Shown piece by piece: positions 59,559 through 64,000 of a stretch of 64,000 nt of DNA; position 1 is the first letter of the stretch; every line of letters starts with the position of its first letter. Source of the DNA: an uncultured bacterium. GTDB taxonomy: Bacteria > Zixibacteria > MSB-5A5 > UBA10806. The notes beneath the pieces are model-generated. The model did no database searches and was not told the origin of the DNA. It worked only from the letters and a program-made list of their open reading frames with translations. The translations under genes and the position numbers were made by a program. The stretch covers positions 1 through 64,000 of the forward strand of contig CBEUCH010000016.1 in NCBI GenBank assembly GCA_965541585.1, in the 5' to 3' direction.

Positions 59559-61451
59559 ATGAAAAAATTCGGGCTTTCGGTTACGATGACCTTGATCTTA
59601 ACGGGGCTTTTGCTTATCGGCAAGGCAGCTTCCTCCTACGGGGAGGTTAAGAAAATCCCCCAGAGATCGGAGATCGACGATAGATACAAATGGAAACTGG
59701 AGCACATATATCCCGATACTCTGGCCTGGCTGGCCGATTATGAGTGGCTTAAATCCCGGATGGGCGAGCTTGAGAGCTTCAAGGGGAAACTAGGTGAATC
59801 GGCAGATATTCTTTACAGCTGTCTGCAAATCCAGGATAGCCTGAATATCGTACTGGGCAAGCTTTACGTCTATGCCTACATGAAACAGGATGAGGATACC
59901 CGTATCCCGGAATACCAGCAGATCGGCGGCAAGGTTGCTTCCATCAATTCCCAGTTCGGAGCCATGGAATCGTTTATCAATCCCGAAATACTGGAGATAC
60001 CGGATGATAAGCTGAAGGGTTTTCTGGAGTCCCACGATGGTCTAAAGACATATAAATTCTATCTTGAAAATCTGATTCGTTCCAAAGAGCATATCCTTTC
60101 ACCGGAGGAGGAGAATATCCTGGCTCTGGCCGGAAATGCCACCGGCGGCACGAAGGATATCTTTCGAATGTTGTACTATGCCGATGTTAAATTCCCCACG
60201 GTTACAGATGAGAACGGTGATGAGATTGAATTAACGCGGGAACGATACCGTGAAATCCTGGAATCGCCGGATCGTGAAGTAAGAAAAAACGCCAGTAAGG
60301 CCTATAACGAGGCGTATCAAAAATATTTCAACACGCTGGGCGCCGCACTGGCGACGACCGCTAAGAATAACTGGTTTTACGCGCAGGCCAGGAATTACAA
60401 CAGCTGTCTCGAACATTCCCTCGATGATGATAACATACCGACATCGGTGGTTACCGGCTTGGTAGAGGCCGTCAACGCCAACCTCGAGCCACTCCATAAG
60501 TGGATGTCGATTCGCAAGAGGGTGCTGGGTATCGATGAACTACACGGCTATGACAGGTCGGTTCCACTTGTTCCCGAGGCCAAGGAGATGATTCCCTACG
60601 ACCAGGCCAACGAGATTCTGATAGAGGGCCTCAAGCCCATGGGCATATCTTATATGTCCGATCTAAAAAAGGGACTCAAGGCCGGTTGGATAGACGTCTA
60701 CGAGACCGAAGGCAAAAGAAGCGGCGGCTATCATTGGGGATCTTATGCCACTCAACCATATATTCTGATGAATTACAATGACAATATCGATGGTTTGTTT
60801 ACGCTGGCTCACGAGATGGGCCATGCCATGCACAGCTTTTACTCAAAAGGAAATCAGCCCTACAGAGATTCACACTATGCAACATTCGTGGCCGAAGTGG
60901 CTTCGACAACCAACCAGACGATCCTGATCAAAGATCTGATCAAAAACACCAAAGACAAAAAGAAGAAAATGTATCTTCTGAATCACTTCGTCGAGGAGAT
61001 TATCGGAGTATTTTACGTGCAGACGATGTTTACGGAGTTCGAGCTGGCCGTGCATGAGACCATCGAGAAAGGCGAGGCTCTTTCCGCCGAGGGTTTGAAA
61101 CAGATGTATAGCGATCTATCCCGGAAATACTGGGGCCCCGAATACGTTATCGATGAATGGGGCGGCTGGGGAGGCATACGGATACCACATTATTTTACTC
61201 ATAGGCCATACTATGTTTTCCAGTACGCCACCAGCTTTGCCGCAGCGCTGGCAGTTTCTCAGAAGATCCTCGATGGTGACTCCGACGCAAGAGAGCGTTA
61301 TATCGAGTTTTTGGCCTGGGGCGGCAACGATTATCCGGTGGCTCAACTTCAAAAGATCGGAATCGATATGACCACGCCGGAGCCCGTCAATGATGCTATC
61401 GCACTGTTCTCGGAGCTGGTGGATGAGATGGAAAAGCTCCTCAATGAATGA
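59559..61451 (+). CDS. pepF: Oligoendopeptidase F (M3B), with signal peptide
   Basis: RSEI...YKW.L, GWIDVYE..GKRSGGY, TLAHEMGHAMHS (HEXXH), FVAEVAS, RIPHY and YVFQYA motifs. Confidence 0.95.
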   Translation: MKKFGLSVTMTLILTGLLLIGKAASSYGEVKKIPQRSEIDDRYKWKLEHIYPDTLAWLADYEWLKSRMGELESFKGKLGESADILYSCLQIQDSLNIVLGKLYVYAYMKQDEDTRIPEYQQIGGKVASINSQFGAMESFINPEILEIPDDKLKGFLESHDGLKTYKFYLENLIRSKEHILSPEEENILALAGNATGGTKDIFRMLYYADVKFPTVTDENGDEIELTRERYREILESPDREVRKNASKAYNEAYQKYFNTLGAALATTAKNNWFYAQARNYNSCLEHSLDDDNIPTSVVTGLVEAVNANLEPLHKWMSIRKRVLGIDELHGYDRSVPLVPEAKEMIPYDQANEILIEGLKPMGISYMSDLKKGLKAGWIDVYETEGKRSGGYHWGSYATQPYILMNYNDNIDGLFTLAHEMGHAMHSFYSKGNQPYRDSHYATFVAEVASTTNQTILIKDLIKNTKDKKKKMYLLNHFVEEIIGVFYVQTMFTEFELAVHETIEKGEALSAEGLKQMYSDLSRKYWGPEYVIDEWGGWGGIRIPHYFTHRPYYVFQYATSFAAALAVSQKILDGDSDARERYIEFLAWGGNDYPVAQLQKIGIDMTTPEPVNDAIALFSELVDEMEKLLNE

Positions 61452-61594
61452 AGGATAATCGAGGACAATTCTCTCCCCCGGGGCGAGGCAGACAGCTCGA
61501 TTTTTAGCCTATCGCCTCGCCTCTCATATTACAGGTTTTCCATGCAGGAAATATTGGAGATTTGACCGGATTTTTATTATAATCGGAGAGACAT

Positions 61595-64000
61595 ATGGGA
61601 AAAAGAAGTAAAGCAACCGATCCTGTCTGCGGTATGACGGTTGAGCCCGAAACCGCTAAATACGAGACTTCATATAAAGGCCAGGATTACTATTTCTGTG
61701 CTGCCTCATGTCTGGAGAATTTCAAAAAAGATCCGGAAAGGTATATTAATGGGAAAAAATCCACTGTTGCTACGCCTGAACCTCTACATCCAGCACGCGG
61801 CAAGACCGCTTTAGAAGCCGAAATCACCATGCCCGTCGCCGGGATGCACTGCGCCTCCTGCGTGACCAAGGTCGAGAAATCGATTCGCGATCTCGATGGC
61901 GTGGCCGAGGTATCGGTCAATCTCGCCACCGAAAAGGTGTCTGTGAAATATGATTCGACAAAAACCGGTCCCGGCAGATTCGTCGACGCCGTCAAATCGT
62001 TGGGATACGATATACCCTTGCAGACGACCGAACTCGCGATCTCAGGGATGAGCTGCGCCTCCTGCGTTGCCAAGATCGAGGATGGGCTCCGCCGAACCAC
62101 GGGAGTGCTGGAGGCATCGGTTAACCTGGGGACCGAGAGAGCTTTCGTCACCCACGTTCCCGGAATAGGCTTCGGCGATCTTAAAAGGGCTATCGAATCA
62201 ACCGGATATAATGTCCTCGATATCCCCTCTGAGGCTGCCGAGGATATCGAGCAACAACTGCGGGAGAGGGAATATCATAATCTGAAGACCAGGTTCACGG
62301 TTTCGGCGGTGCTTACGGCCCTGCTGCTTATTCTGGCCATGTCGAAGCTTTTTACACCATCCGTCAATCATTTTTCGCAGCTTTTTATTACGATACCTGT
62401 TGTTTTATGGTGCGGATCGAGATTTTATATAGGCTTCTGGAAATCTCTCAGGCATAAGACAGCTGATATGAACACGCTGGTTGCGGTGGGCACGGCGGCC
62501 GCATTCATCTATAGTCTAATCGCAACCGTAAATCCCGGGATATTAGCATCGGCGGGCCGCCAGGCTGATGTTTATTTCGATACGGCGGCGGTTATCATCA
62601 CCTTGATTCTACTGGGAAGACTGCTCGAATCGCGAGCCAAGGGAAAAACATCGGAAGCCATCAAAAAACTTATGGGCTTACAGGCCAAGACCGCCAGGGT
62701 GCAGCGGGACGGCCGCGAGATCGATATCGATATCAATGAAGTTATCACCGGAGATACGGTAATAGTCCGCCCCGGAGAAAAGATACCGACCGATGGTTTT
62801 ATTCTCGATGGCTATTCCAGTATCGATGAATCGATGCTGACCGGTGAGAGCATACCGGTGGAAAAGAAAGCCGGCGATGAGGTAATCGGGTCGACCATCA
62901 ACGGCACAGGAAGCTTTCGATTCAGGGCCACCAAGGTTGGCAAGGATACTGTCCTGTCACAAATCATCAAGATGGTGCAGCAGGCCCAGGGTTCCAAGGC
63001 CCCCATCCAGAGGCTGGCCGATAGAATTGCAGGAGTCTTCGTCCCCATAGTAATCGGGATTGCGGTTTTAACATTCATAATATGGTACCTCTGGGGGCCC
63101 GCTCCGGCGTTGACCATCGCTCTTTTGAACTTCGTGGCGGTATTGATAATTGCATGTCCCTGCGCGCTTGGGCTGGCTACACCCACGGCCATCATGGTGG
63201 GAACAGGTGTCGGCGCCGAAAACGGTATCCTGATAAAGGGCGGAGAAAGTCTCGAGGGCGCTCATCGGGTTAATACCGTGCTATTCGATAAAACCGGCAC
63301 CCTGACCAGGGGCAAGCCGGAAGTAACAGATGTAATTGCAACCAATGGATTTTCAAAAAAAGAGATCTTGTATCATGCGGCCTCGCTGGAGAGAAGATCC
63401 GAGCATCCACTGGGGGAGGCTATCGTCAAGGCGGTCGATAACGAAAAGGTATCTCTTGCAGAACCGGAGGACTTTTATTCCATACCGGGACAGGGAATCG
63501 CCGGACAGGTCGATGATCATAAAATACTTCTGGGCAACTCGAAGCTGATGGATGAAAAAGAAATCGATATCTCTCCCCTCGATTCCGATCTAAAAAGACT
63601 CCGCGGAGAGGGTAAAACCACTATGATTCTGTCGGTGGACAAAAAGCCCGCGGGCCTTATAGCCGTGGCCGATACATTGAAGCCGGATGCCAAAAAAGTT
63701 ATCGACATGCTTCATAAGGCAGGGATAAAGACCGCCATGATAACCGGGGATAATGAAAACACGGCGGCGGCGGTAGCATCCCGGATAGGTATGGATGATG
63801 TCATAGCCGAGGTCCAGCCCCAGGATAAAGCCCAACGAGTCAAGCAGCTTCAGGATGAAGGCCGAGTGGTGGCCATGGTTGGCGATGGTATCAATGACGC
63901 CGTGGCGCTGGCCCAGGCGGATCTGGGAATAGCTATCGGCTCCGGCACCGATATCGCAATGGAGGCATCGGATATCACGCTGCTTTCCGATGATCTCTCC
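61595..64000 (+). CDS. copA: Cu(+)-exporting P1B-type ATPase with N-terminal YHS and two HMA domains (3'-truncated; missing from the ORF track)
   Basis: Read from ATG 61595: [14 protein letters not shown]...[19 protein letters not shown] (YHS), [49 protein letters not shown]. Runs off the window. Confidence 0.93.
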   Translation, partial: MGKRSKATDPVCGMTVEPETAKYETSYKGQDYYFCAASCLENFKKDPERYINGKKSTVATPEPLHPARGKTALEAEITMPVAGMHCASCVTKVEKSIRDLDGVAEVSVNLATEKVSVKYDSTKTGPGRFVDAVKSLGYDIPLQTTELAISGMSCASCVAKIEDGLRRTTGVLEASVNLGTERAFVTHVPGIGFGDLKRAIESTGYNVLDIPSEAAEDIEQQLREREYHNLKTRFTVSAVLTALLLILAMSKLFTPSVNHFSQLFITIPVVLWCGSRFYIGFWKSLRHKTADMNTLVAVGTAAAFIYSLIATVNPGILASAGRQADVYFDTAAVIITLILLGRLLESRAKGKTSEAIKKLMGLQAKTARVQRDGREIDIDINEVITGDTVIVRPGEKIPTDGFILDGYSSIDESMLTGESIPVEKKAGDEVIGSTINGTGSFRFRATKVGKDTVLSQIIKMVQQAQGSKAPIQRLADRIAGVFVPIVIGIAVLTFIIWYLWGPAPALTIALLNFVAVLIIACPCALGLATPTAIMVGTGVGAENGILIKGGESLEGAHRVNTVLFDKTGTLTRGKPEVTDVIATNGFSKKEILYHAASLERRSEHPLGEAIVKAVDNEKVSLAEPEDFYSIPGQGIAGQVDDHKILLGNSKLMDEKEIDISPLDSDLKRLRGEGKTTMILSVDKKPAGLIAVADTLKPDAKKVIDMLHKAGIKTAMITGDNENTAAAVASRIGMDDVIAEVQPQDKAQRVKQLQDEGRVVAMVGDGINDAVALAQADLGIAIGSGTDIAMEASDITLLSDDLS

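Noticed and set aside
61482..61583. Hairpin GGCGAGGC/GCCTCGCC after pepF, and a TTGACC/TATAAT pair or copper operator before copA
   Set aside because: The hairpin has a long loop and no clear U-tract, the -35/-10 spacing is only 10 bp, and no convincing CsoR/CueR operator is visible.
61690..63835. Short ORFs listed in the track over the last 2.4 kb
   Set aside because: They overlap the long unterminated copA frame starting at 61595, which the ORF caller omitted because it lacks a stop in the window.

Overview
Bacterial chromosomal window, most likely an FCB-superphylum anaerobe such as candidate division Zixibacteria. That placement is inferred from the SprA translocon, many 'QNYPNPFN...LLK' C-terminal sorting domains (CTDs), Cys-rich dockerins and spoVG. 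The left end holds three tandem secreted beta-helix/CTD paralogs. The middle is mostly minus-strand housekeeping and envelope genes: gyrA, spoVG, ispE, wzi-like, oadGAB, a dicarboxylate symporter, an M16 pair, barrel-fused SppA, M28, sprA, murB, recG, rpmB and a polysaccharide cluster. Clusters of GTAG-type REP palindromes lie at ~10.7-10.9 kb and ~11.8 kb. The outstanding feature is 40.2-59.3 kb: an apparent ~18 kb operon (an LVIVD protein plus 15 tandem paralogs) and one separately promoted paralog. Together they encode 17 copies of an uncharacterised ~180-aa secreted domain with a conserved framework and hypervariable Cys/aromatic/Pro-rich loops. Each copy is fused to either a near-identical dockerin or a T9SS-type CTD, and one member is a cohesin+dockerin scaffold. 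The DNA shows mosaic shuffling and C-terminal module switching between paralogs, suggesting a recombination-diversified, cellulosome-like surface display repertoire (hypothesis). The right end holds pepF and a truncated YHS-HMA Cu-ATPase. All assignments come from reading motifs; no database searches were run.
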